From NCBI GenBank assembly GCA_951406725.2, contig OX597833.1, positions 67,022,001 to 67,086,000 of the forward strand: DNA of 64,000 bases. Direction: 5' to 3'. Numbering within the stretch: the stretch's first letter is position 1; every line of letters begins with the position of its first letter. Positions 44,801 to 57,164 of this stretch are shown here, one piece after another. The DNA comes from Octopus vulgaris. Its lineage: Eukaryota. The notes beneath the pieces were generated by a model. The model worked only from the letters and a program-made list of their open reading frames with translations. It searched no databases and was not told the DNA's origin. The position numbers were made by a program, and so were the translations under genes.

Positions 44801-44804
<4 letters not shown>
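44481..44804 (+). mobile_element. tRNA-derived SINE family C
   Basis: Same head; CORE/Meta-like central block GTTCTTGAGCAAGGCACTTTATTTCACGTTGCTCCAGTTCACTCAGCTGTAGAAATGAG. Confidence 0.87.
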
Positions 44805-44856
<52 letters not shown>

Positions 44857-45144
44857 ATGTGTGTGTATGTATTTGTATGTCTGTGTTTGTCCCCTCACCA
44901 TCGCTTGACAACCGATGTTAGTGTGTTTACCTTCCCGTAACGGGATCGATTTGTTCGAATAGAGGCGGCGCTCCAGCATGGCCGCACTCAAACGACTGAA
45001 GCAAATAAAAGAATAAAAGAAAAAATATATATATTTATATATAATTACCTATGTATATGAAGGTACATCACCGTCCTTTACTATATACAGAATTCTATAT
45101 TTACATGTACGCGCACGCACACATTTTCATATCATATATAGTGT

Positions 45145-45628
<484 letters not shown>

Positions 45629-47022
45629 GAAAGTGTCGAGGAATGAATGCTAAAAGGCGTTCTATAGAATGAGCGACAATGAATCATATAAGCCCCTGCT
45701 GCTATTTATTATTCGTTAATAGGCGGAGGAAAAGAATGATAACATTTATTTGATTTGATAAGAATATTCAAGTAGATTGATGTAGTTATTTCTGGTTTAG
45801 ATTCCAACATTAACGATTCTTCTCCACATTTTTATTCATTCACTCTCTTATTCAATCCGACAACTGATTGTGATTTAATTGAATATCAAAATTCGCAGAT
45901 TAATAATAGCTAAGCTATTTTTGCAGTTGATATTTTAAATCTAACATTTTTCTTTCTGCCAGAGAGGCGATAAAAATCTTCACTGTTTTCCCCCTTTTCA
46001 GTGAAAACTTATAAAGTATCGGTTAAAAGAAACGACGAATGATACTGAAGAGCTAAGTATTGTGATAGTGCCAACTGTTGAAAGAGTTTTATTAAAACCT
46101 ATGAAAATACTCACTGAATCTTGTTTATCGTTTTTTTTTCTTTTACTTGTTTTAGTCATTGGAATGATTGGCTATCACCTTAAAGAGTTTTGGCTAAACT
46201 AATCAGCCCCAATACTAATGTTATTTTCGACTAAACCCTCAAAGGTAGAGTCCAAACGTGGTAGCATTTCAAAAACCGAACAAAGTTAAAATAAAGCGTA
46301 AAACGAATTATGCAAGTGCTCCAGCTTGGCAGAGAAGAATTCAATTAATATAAGCACATGAAACGGTATTAGATTAGAATACTTTTGGATATGTTGTTTA
46401 TGATGTTTATACCAGCGTGAAATAGAAGTATTTGTAATATTTCGTATCCGAATATTCCTCAAAGACACATGTGTACTAAAGGTGTCGTAAAAATGTTGGG
46501 TTCTCTGGGGGTAAAACGAGATTATACCCCCAAACGATAATCAGTGATGTACTTATGACCTTTATTAGTTATGATTAATAACATAATATTGGTTTCAGCA
46601 TAAACGATTTCTCATGAAAATTCTTGCAAAACAAATTTATAAACGAATAAATCTTTGAGAAAATCCTGAAATAAAATTTGATATTAATGACTCTAATTTC
46701 TTAATAAATAAGAAGTTATTCACAATCTGTTCTATTATAGAATCGTTGGCATCGTGCAATAATTTACAGAAGAGATCTGAATATTTTACAGCATTTATCT
46801 CAATTATACTGCAGTTTTAAGGCAGGATAAGGGTGAAATGCTGCTGAAACAGTAGAAAGCTTGCTGTTGCCGGCTAATTATCTGTCTGTCTATCTGTCCA
46901 TATATCTGTCTATCTATCTGTCTGTCTATCTGTCTGCCAGTCTATCTGTCTGTTTGTCTCTCTCTATCTATCTCTCTATCTCTTTATCTCTTTATCTATC
47001 GCTCTATCTGTCTCTCTATCTG

Positions 47023-47089
<67 letters not shown>

Positions 47090-47908
47090 ATACAGTATGA
47101 AACAGAAAACCTGCTGTTTTTAAACGAGCAGCAGAGAGGCATCACGGAAGTTGTCCTCATATAACTAATGATTTACTGCTGTTTTGCAGATACCGCCATT
47201 ACTTGCGCTCGTGAGCATCCTACGAATGCTGTTGAAATGTTTATTGTGAATATCTTCCTGAACGATTAGAAAGAAAAATCCCACAGTTCTAGATAAGTAA
47301 CGAAGGTTATTATTTAGACACAATTTTCTACTCGAACTTTCATGGCATTTAAAATACTATCATACAGATAGCGGTGTTAAGTCAAAAAAGTAGTTTCCAA
47401 ATATTTTATGCCCGTTGCATATACACATTTCTTTACAACGTGTATTGATTAGCCATGAATGTGACAGTAAAAGGATTTACCTAAGACCGTCGATAAATCA
47501 CATATCACTTTCAAAACACAAAATAACTACGATGGCATGTATCATAATTTTGTATAATCAAAACGAAATGTAATAAAATCCAATGAAATGTCCATGTTAG
47601 TTTGCAGACGATTTAATCTTATTTTTGTCTAAAGTATTATTGGATCTATTTTCATGTTTAACTCTCCGTTTATATTTCGGTGAAGAAAATGTATTTTCCT
47701 GGGTGTAAATGTATGTATACCTCTACAAATAGGATATATACGAAGAGATGTTTCTATGCATATGTATGTGATAGTTTTATGACGATAATTACTTACATTT
47801 TTAACGAAGTACTAATATGTATGAGGCAAAACTGATTAACATTTCAAAACAAAATCTGTAAATTCTGTGAGGCATAAGCTTAGACTTAGATACATACAAA
47901 TCTATATG

Positions 47909-47966
<58 letters not shown>

Positions 47967-48686
47967 GTTTAAATATTTGTTGTGCAAGATTTTTTATGTG
48001 AAGTCGTGTGTTGAAACAGATATTGTTATATTTCGGAATGGTCATATTGCCAGTTTAGCCAATAAAAACACACGCACTATATATTTGGTGTTATTTTGCT
48101 TCAGTGATATTTATTTTTTACATTAATCTTAATCTTATTTCGGCCAAAGTTCTTTCGTCACACTCCTGTGACCGCATCAGTGGTCCTTTGTTTTCTTCTC
48201 ACTTACTTGTGTCTCTCCTTACTAACCGTCAGCCATTTTGTATTTCTATTGTATGTCTTCATTTGCGCATGCTTATATCTCTATGTGCGTCTATGTTTAT
48301 TTAGTGTGTGTGGGGGGGATGTCTGTAATATTTGTATCTTCTGGTTATATACATTCTTGTAATTTGTATTTTGTTTTTGTTGTTGTTGCTTTTGTTCTAA
48401 TTTTGTTCATGTGTTTACATCCACCCATTATTATCATTACATATGCTTGTATGTATGTATAACAACAATATTAGTAATAATAATAATAAATCTAATCGAG
48501 AAAAAAAAAAAAAAAGAATATACATATACATATATATATATATATATACATACACATACATATACATATATATATACACACATATATACACATATACATA
48601 TACATACACATATACATACACATAGATATTCATTTCTATTTCTTTAATTACCTGTGTATTTATTATGTTTGCAGGATCCACTATTG

Positions 48687-50462
48687 TCATATGTTGTGGT
48701 GTGCGCTATTGCTCCATTCTAGTTTTCTATTCAGGCTAGGTTTATTTTCTATTATATGTGTAGCTTCTGTAATTTGTCTAATTGTTGCATCTGTTCTATG
48801 TGTGGACAATATCTTAATCTCTATGTTATTGATTGATCCCCCGTGTTCTTGTTCGGCGTGTTGGTACAGAATCGATGAGCTTTTACCTTCCTTGAGTTGT
48901 CTCCAATGTTCATTCACCCGCTCACCAATGCTTCTTGCAGTTTCCCCTACGTATGTTACTGTCTTGTTACTGCATCGTCCCTCTATACATCTTATACTAT
49001 AGACCACATTTCTGGCTTTACAGTTCGTTTGTGGGCTAAATCTACATACAGTGCAATAGTTATCCGTACAGAGAGTTCTACTAAAAGGATAGGTTCTACC
49101 AATTATAGATCTGATAGGGTTGCCTGGCTTTTCAACAACCTTAATTCTTAGTTTAAGTTTATCTAGGGTCCTTCTAAAGCGGTACGCTAGTTCACCTCCA
49201 GGGGTGGTGTCAACGAACATGACACTCTGGTATTTATGGCTATCATACCAAGAGTTGGCCTTCCTTATTTTCTTTTTTGTCCTTTCTATAGTGTTCCATG
49301 ACTTGTTCCTATAGAGTGGGCAAATCCCATTCCTATCATTACATAATATATTATCAAATTTCTTCATGGCTCCTTTGTATACTCTGATCCTTTCTTTATG
49401 GCTGTAACCTGAGAACTGCATGCGGTGAATGAAATACTGTATGTGTCTCTTTAATTCTGTAGGCTCGCACATGCGTGACACATTTCTCATTATTCTGACG
49501 AGGTCTGCCATCAAAATATTGAATTTGGCATTGCCCGCAATGGCTGAGTTCCGGTGGATCAGGTATTTTGAGGCCATAGGTTTTGCATAGTATGAATGAA
49601 GGATTTGGGTTTTATTTTCACAATTTCTAGCCAGAGTTCAGTGTCTAGTACTGGTAGTCTATGGTTGGGGTGTTTAGTGGGGTAGTCTATTGTGACCTTA
49701 ATACTCTGGTGGATGGAGTTAGCTATTTGCTGGATGCTCTCCATAGTATTAGTTTCTATTACTATATCAACCGTACTCTCTTGTGGGGGTGCCTTTACTA
49801 CTATATTGATATCATCAACATAGCGAGAGTACATGTTTACGAGTACGGATTTCTGCAGTAGGCATTCTTTAAGCCTTCTGTCCCACCATACCATGAAGAG
49901 GTTGGCCACATCACCAGCGATACTAACACCGATGGCTGCCCCCTCGTCCTGGGCATATATTTTATTATTAAATTTAAATGTGTGGCCTTTTAGGGTAACT
50001 CTTATACTAGCTCCTAGTGCATGTGCGATCATTTTCTTTACCTGATGGACATTTGCGGGGCTCCGTATGGCTCTGGTCCATCCGCGCCATCTTTCTATAT
50101 GTGTCTTCCTAGCCATAGAAGTAATTGTAGGCGGTCTACCTCTTAAACATCTACTGGGGCAGAAACTACTAAGATTATGTTTATCTAAGTATTCACTATT
50201 ATATGTCAGTCTAAGTAGGAGGCCCAGTTCTTCTGTGTCGACATTACAGAACTCCACCTGGCTCTCGTTGATCATCTCCACGCACTTCTCCACTGCAAAA
50301 TCTACGTCAATCGATGGGTATAGGGATACCACATCCATGCTACCTACTATACATCCTGTCAAGTCACAAGTTTTGTTACAGTCACTGATCCTGCTTAGGA
50401 GATCTTCTGTGCTGTCACATACATCAGGTGACATCCTGATTATAGGGCGTATGATCATTGAG
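48687..50462 (-). pseudogene. Inverted second copy of the same Penelope-like ORF with a 1-nt frameshift
   Basis: ORFs 49559..50575(-) and 48687..49577(-) reproduce the + strand protein. The A5 run in GTGAAAAATAAAA is A4 in this copy (T run at 49615-49618), splitting the frame. Starts further 3' in the RT than the + copy. Confidence 0.92.
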
Positions 50463-50465
50463 TAG

Positions 50466-52373
50466 GAAGTAGATATCCCGGCACTGTATGGACTTCGCAA
50501 GGACCATAAAGGTTTTACTGACCCTATAGCAGGACCACCAACAAGACCAGTCTGTGGAGCGAATATCGCTAGCAATTACAGAATCTCCTACTTCCTCTCA
50601 ATGATCATACGCCCTATAATCAGGATGTCACCTGATGTATGTGACAGCACAGAAGATCTCCTAAGCAGGATCAGTGACTGTAACAAAACTTGTGACTTGA
50701 CAGGATGTATAGTAGGTAGCATGGATGTGGTATCCCTATACCCATCGATTGACGTAGATTTTGCAGTGGAGAAGTGCGTGGAGATGATCAACGAGAGCCA
50801 GGTGGAGTTCTGTAATGTCGACACAGAAGAACTGGGCCTCCTACTTAGACTGACATATAATAGTGAATACTTAGATAAACATAATCTTAGTAGTTTCTGC
50901 CCCAGTAGATGTTTAAGAGGTAGACCGCCTACAATTACTTCTATGGCTAGGAAGACACATATAGAAAGATGGCGCGGATGGACCAGAGCCATACGGAGCC
51001 CCGCAAATGTCCATCAGGTAAAGAAAATGATCGCACATGCACTAGGAGCTAGTATAAGAGTTACCCTAAAAGGCCACACATTTAAATTTAATAATAAAAT
51101 ATATGCCCAGGACGAGGGGGCAGCCATCGGTGTTAGTATCGCTGGTGATGTGGCCAACCTCTTCATGGTATGGTGGGACAGAAGGCTTAAAGAATGCCTA
51201 CTGCAGAAATCCGTACTCGTAAACATGTACTCTCGCTATGTTGATGATATCAATATAGTAGTAAAGGCACCCCCACAAGAGAGTACGGTTGATATAGTAA
51301 TAGAAACTAATACTATGGAGAGCATCCAGCAAATAGCTAACTCCATCCACCAGAGTATTAAGGTCACAATAGACTACCCCACTAAACACCCCAACCATAG
51401 ACTACCAGTACTAGACACTGAACTCTGGCTAGAAATTGTGAAAAATAAAACCCAAATCCTTCATTCATACTATGCAAAACCTATGGCCTCAAAATACCTG
51501 ATCCACCGGAACTCAGCCATTGCGGGCAATGCCAAATTCAATATTTTGATGGCAGACCTCGTCAGAATAATGAGAAATGTGTCACGCATGTGCGAGCCTA
51601 CAGAATTAAAGAGACACATACAGTATTTCATTCACCGCATGCAGTTCTCAGGTTACAGCCATAAAGAAAGGATCAGAGTATACAAAGGAGCCATGAAGAA
51701 ATTTGATAATATATTATGTAATGATAGGAATGGGATTTGCCCACTCTATAGGAACAAGTCATGGAACACTATAGAAAGGACAAAAAAGAAAATAAGGAAG
51801 GCCAACTCTTGGTATGATAGCCATAAATACCAGAGTGTCATGTTCGTTGACACCACCCCTGGAGGTGAACTAGCGTACCGCTTTAGAAGGACCCTAGATA
51901 AACTTAAACTAAGAATTAAGGTTGTTGAAAAGCCAGGCAACCCTATCAGATCTATAATTGGTAGAACCTATCCTTTTAGTAGAACTCTCTGTACGGATAA
52001 CTATTGCACTGTATGTAGATTTAGCCCACAAACGAACTGTAAAGCCAGAAATGTGGTCTATAGTATAAGATGTATAGAGGGACGATGCAGTAACAAGACA
52101 GTAACATACGTAGGGGAAACTGCAAGAAGCATTGGTGAGCGGGTGAATGAACATTGGAGACAACTCAAGGAAGGTAAAAGCTCATCGATTCTGTACCAAC
52201 ACGCCGAACAAGAACACGGGGGATCAATCAATAACATAGAGATTAAGATATTGTCCACACATAGAACAGATGCAACAATTAGACAAATTACAGAAGCTAC
52301 ACATATAATAGAAAATAAACCTAGCCTGAATAGAAAACTAGAATGGAGCAATAGCGCACACCACAACATATGA
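50466..52373 (+). CDS. Penelope-like retroelement ORF (reverse transcriptase + C-terminal GIY-YIG endonuclease), 5'-truncated, no internal stops
   Basis: Frame is open from 50466 (after TAG at 50463), i.e. 45 codons upstream of the listed ATG at 50601. RT motifs: LYGLRKDHK, PTRPVC, GSMDVVSLYPSI, QDEGAAIGVSIAGDVANLFM, YSRYVDD, LPVLDTEL. Cys linker CTDNYCTVC. GIY-YIG domain NVVYSIRC..C..YVGETARSIGERVNEH..H..H..RQITEA..LNRKLE. Confidence 0.96.
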   Translation, partial: EVDIPALYGLRKDHKGFTDPIAGPPTRPVCGANIASNYRISYFLSMIIRPIIRMSPDVCDSTEDLLSRISDCNKTCDLTGCIVGSMDVVSLYPSIDVDFAVEKCVEMINESQVEFCNVDTEELGLLLRLTYNSEYLDKHNLSSFCPSRCLRGRPPTITSMARKTHIERWRGWTRAIRSPANVHQVKKMIAHALGASIRVTLKGHTFKFNNKIYAQDEGAAIGVSIAGDVANLFMVWWDRRLKECLLQKSVLVNMYSRYVDDINIVVKAPPQESTVDIVIETNTMESIQQIANSIHQSIKVTIDYPTKHPNHRLPVLDTELWLEIVKNKTQILHSYYAKPMASKYLIHRNSAIAGNAKFNILMADLVRIMRNVSRMCEPTELKRHIQYFIHRMQFSGYSHKERIRVYKGAMKKFDNILCNDRNGICPLYRNKSWNTIERTKKKIRKANSWYDSHKYQSVMFVDTTPGGELAYRFRRTLDKLKLRIKVVEKPGNPIRSIIGRTYPFSRTLCTDNYCTVCRFSPQTNCKARNVVYSIRCIEGRCSNKTVTYVGETARSIGERVNEHWRQLKEGKSSSILYQHAEQEHGGSINNIEIKILSTHRTDATIRQITEATHIIENKPSLNRKLEWSNSAHHNI

Positions 52374-52874
52374 CAATAGTGGATCCTGCAAACATAATAA
52401 ATACACAGGTAATTAAAGAAATAGAAATGAATATCTATGTGTATGTATATGTGTATGTATATGTATATGTGTATATATGTGTGTGTATATATATATGTAT
52501 ATGTATGTGTATGTATATATATATATATATATGTATATGTATATTCTTTTTTTTTTTTTTTTCTCGATTAGATTTATTATTATTATTACTAATATTGTTG
52601 TTATACATACATACAAGCATATGTAATGATAATAATGGGTGGATGTAAACACATGAACAAAATTAGAACAAAAGCAACAACAACAAAAACAAAATACAAA
52701 TTACAAGAATGTATATAACCAGAAGATACAAATATTACAGACATCCCCCCCACACACTAAATAAACATAGACGCACATAGAGATATAAGCATACGCAAAT
52801 GAAGACATACAATAGAAATACAAAATGGCTGACGGTTAGTAAGGAGAGACACAAGTAAGTGAGAAGAAAACAAA

Positions 52875-53037
52875 GGACCACTGATGCGGTCACAGGAGTG
52901 TGACGAAAGAACTTTGGCCGAAATAAGATTAAGATTAATGTAAAAAATAAATATCACTGAAGCAAAATAACACCAAATATATAGTGCGTGTGTTTTTATT
53001 GGCTAAACTGGCAATATGACCATTCCGAAATATAACA

Positions 53038-53041
<4 letters not shown>
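52875..53041 (+). ncRNA. Hammerhead-like motif(s) with variant core in the PLE 3' UTR (mirrored at ~48020-48185 on -)
   Basis: CUGAUGC (52881) followed by hairpin GUCACA-GGAG-UGUGAC then GAAA, or alternatively GGUCA/UGGCC then GAAA at 52920. A second CUGAAGC (~52957) and GAA-AUAU-AACA-AUAU-(C) at the terminus. Core has C where canonical CUGANGA has A; helices I/III uncertain. Confidence 0.4.
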
Positions 53042-53087
<46 letters not shown>

Positions 53088-53233
53088 GCACATAGGCGCA
53101 CACACGCGTATATATGTGATCGGTGTGAATACTTATATTAATTCACAACCGCGCAACCTACGTTGAATTTTTAGAACCACAAATATGGTCCTAAAAAGCT
53201 ATGACTATCGATTTAAGAGGAATATATATGTAT

Positions 53234-53628
53234 ACTCTCTTACTCTTTTACTTGTTTCAGTCATTTGACGGCGGCCATGCTGCAGCACCGCCTTTAATCG
53301 AGCAAGTCGACCCCGGGACTTATTCTTTTGTAAGGCCAGTACTATTCTGCCGAACCGCTAAGTGACGGGGACATAAACACACCAGCATCGGTTGTCAAGC
53401 AATACTAGGGGGACAAACACAGACACACAAACACACACACACACATATATATGTATACATATATACAACAGGCTTCTTTCAGTTTCCGTCTACCAAATCT
53501 ACTCATAAGGCTTTGGTCGGCCCGAGGCTATAGTAGAAGACACTTGCCCAAGGTGCCACGCAGTGGGACTGAACCCGGAACCATGTAGTTGGTAGACAAG
53601 CTACTTACCACACAGCCACTCCTGTGCC
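53234..53628 (-). mobile_element. SINE family A, full length
   Basis: Reverse complement of family A. Further partial copies at 2508-2636(-), 3040-3215(+), 44860-45021(+). Confidence 0.9.
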
Positions 53629-54517
53629 TATATATATGAATTATTTAAGAAGTGGAATATTAAGTCATACTTTATGGCATTATTATTTTCTAGTTATCCA
53701 GCTTCCTATCTATTGATAAATCGTATTGATGCATTTTGGTCTTAGGGCCTTTTTCTTCTTCGATGCATTTGATTCATGTTTCTTGTGTTCTACGTACCTT
53801 TATTTTAATGTTATAAATAGTAACTCCCTGCAACCCTTACTTACGTTTATTAAACTGCAAAGCTAAGTCTGCTACCGCGCGCTATAAGCTCCTCATAAAC
53901 CACCACAGGAAAGCAACCACTAGAATACATTAACAAATATTTTCATACAAAGACCCCACAATAGCTATCCCCATTTCCCCCTTTCCACTTAGATTTCAAA
54001 ATAAATGTCAATTATGTTTCATTTATGAGCATTATATTCATATGCAGAGTTCGGCCACAGGATCCTGTTTTATTAACTGTAAATTAACTACTATTTATAG
54101 AATCCTTTATTCTTTTTCTGCAGCATATAAAACACGTTTTCATCTCCTGCAACGAAAATAGTATTAAGTGCATTTCAACTGTCGGCCAAAGTGTCTCATA
54201 GATTTTTAAGTGTAACCACCGATGGGCGCAAAGTTTGCATGCACCTCGGGATATATCCCGTTACTATATGTATGATATTTGTCTCTCTTCATAGTGTTGT
54301 GTTGGTTTCTCTGGAAAAAAAAAACATACAGTTATTATCACAGAACAATCGTGTCATTAATACGCACAAATACATACATACACACACACACACACGTATG
54401 TATATGTGCAGATGTGTGAATATAAATGTATCTGTCTACTGATACTTCAATACTTCTATCTAACTATGCACATATGCATTTATATATAAACATGATACAC
54501 ACATACATGCACACACA

Positions 54518-54561
<44 letters not shown>

Positions 54562-54572
54562 TATATAGATAC

Positions 54573-54882
54573 GGAGGCGCATTGCACCAGTGGTTAGGGC
54601 AGCGGACTCGCGGTCGTAGGATCGCGGTTTCGATTCCCAAACCGGGCGTTGTGAGTGTTTATTGAGCAAAAGCGCCTAAAGCTCCACGAGTGTCGGCAGG
54701 GGGTGGTAGTGATCCCCGCTGCACTCTTTCGACGCAACTTTCTCTCACTCTTTCTTCTGTTGGCCTGCTTGCTTAGCCCAGCGGGGTGGCGTCATTCGAA
54801 GGGTAAAAAATTGCGAAGCGCATTGTGACCAGCGATGTGTAGCAACATCTGGTAGCCTGGTCGGTCACGGTGATCACGGTGG
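54573..54882 (+). mobile_element. SINE family B variant with GTGACC..GGTCAC hairpin tail
   Basis: Head nearly identical to the 30950 element, different 3' tail; diverged relative with the same tail at 39273-39545. Confidence 0.88.
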
Positions 54883-55073
54883 TATATACATACATACGTA
54901 CACACACACACACACAGCACGGATTTTTGTCAGTGAACAGGTCGTGGTCTTAAAGCGACGATTATATTTTGACAAACGAAACTTAAATGTTGAAGTGAAT
55001 CAAACGGCTTTTGTGTGTTTCTTAAATGGCTTATAAACACCTTCCACGCTCCAATTGTTTATATATATATATA

Positions 55074-55123
<50 letters not shown>

Positions 55124-55130
55124 CATAAAT

Positions 55131-55213
<83 letters not shown>

Positions 55214-55583
55214 TATATGCACATATGCATATATGTATATTAGAAGTGCCAATGCTAGATCATTCTTCTAGAAATTAAAATAATTTTTCTGAAGAAAAAT
55301 TCATTGAATGCAGACGAGAACTCATGTCCTCAAGATATCCCCCATTAATTTTCTCAGGCATCATACTAAATCCCCGCTAGCGATTTAATAATCGGATGAT
55401 CATCAGCTTTATTTACTCATAAATATTTAACTATATAAATCAATTACTCATTGATATATATATATATGCATATATACATATATGTATATGGGGGGAGTTC
55501 GTATAGATGTATGTATGATTGTATTTCACCATTTAGATGGATTCATTAACTTTTGTATACTTATATAACTGTGTGCGAATGTG

Positions 55584-55645
<62 letters not shown>

Positions 55646-55987
55646 GGCAGAAACAAAAGCAAAGACAAGTATCTAATATGCAAATATCATAATAAATAAT
55701 ATACAAGTTAAATAAGCAAAACACACGATAATTACAAAATATATATTCTCAAAATTTATCAATAATTACATATTTGTATAAAAATATTAATTAGATTACA
55801 TAATTTCTTTTGTGTGTTTTCGTTTTCCGTTAATTTACAGGAAATTCTCTGCGGTTTTTCATAAATGCGTTCAGTGGTTCAGTTTTCGCTGAAGTAATAT
55901 GTCTTATATAATTAAGAAACGCCATTGGTTGTTAAAGAATTTTTGCATTGTCACAACCCCCCGCAGAAACATATATACTGTTGTATG

Positions 55988-56030
<43 letters not shown>

Positions 56031-56080
56031 CGTTTAATACACAACTAACACATGCACGACACATAATAGTACATACATAA

Positions 56081-56117
<37 letters not shown>

Positions 56118-56166
56118 TAAAGTCAATATATATATATATGTATATATATATGTATGTAAATATATG

Positions 56167-56216
<50 letters not shown>

Positions 56217-56316
56217 CATACATATATACATAAATTTCTTTTGTTCATCTCGCAGAAAAGAATGGCCATTTTGTGGAAGGTTGTACAGCGATGCATGCAT
56301 ATATCCATATACATAG

Positions 56317-56391
<75 letters not shown>

Positions 56392-56396
56392 TAACA

Positions 56397-56439
<43 letters not shown>

Positions 56440-57083
56440 ATATATATGTGCATATATATGTGATGTATATATATATATATATGTACACACAGACATACAC
56501 ATATATGCACACACCTATGTAGTGAGAGACAGAGAGACAGACATAGAGAGAGAAGTACGCAGACACACAGAACCACATAGGCGGAGACAGGATGAAACAG
56601 AGCATGGTAGGAAGAGAGTAACTAATGGAAATTTACAAAGAAAGAAATGTTGATAAGAATAATATGAAAAACAATAATGGTATTTCTACTCCAAAATATA
56701 TATGATATACAACAATGTAAGCATAAGAGTCGGAACTACAATGTTGCATTTTCAATTTGGTAGAAAAAATAAAATAGAAATAAATGTCTTTTTGTTTGAA
56801 TAGAGCAAAATAGAATTACCATATTCTAAGAAGCCTTGGAAGTTCTGTGATTCTTCTTAAAATGAGATTTCAAGTAGCGAAAGAAAGGAAAGAGAGTGAG
56901 AGAAAAAAAAAGAAGTAATGGAACGAAAGATAAGAAGCGAATATAAAGAAGACAGTGGCAAACACAAGCATGACCAACAATATAATTCAACGTATTACAC
57001 AAAAAAGCATACATTATATATATATACATACATACATATATATCCACACACACACACACATATATATATATATCTTTGTATAA

Positions 57084-57164
<81 letters not shown>

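Larger units (their letters stand above)
47966..53041. mobile_element. Penelope-like element as a head-to-head inverted pair inserted in (TA)n
   Basis: Arms ~48020-50462 and ~50597-53041 are reverse complements, including a ~670-bp 3' UTR. (TA)n flanks at ~47911-47962 and ~53041-53083. Left arm carries ~55 extra nt of element 3' sequence (47966-48019). Confidence 0.95.

Noticed and set aside
49559-50575. 338-aa minus ORF with a novel N-terminus (MLAIFAPQTG...)
   Set aside because: The first ~38 aa are the antisense reading of the + copy's RT motif 1-2 region, fused by the inversion; not a real N-terminal domain.
48691-52369. Short ORFs antisense to the PLE ORFs
   Set aside because: Shadow ORFs; they appear twice only because of the inverted duplication.
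52371-52650. Selenocysteine read-through of the PLE TGA (as reported for some Naiad PLEs)
   Set aside because: The TGA falls after the complete endonuclease, is followed by CAA TAG in frame, and there are no internal UGA codons.
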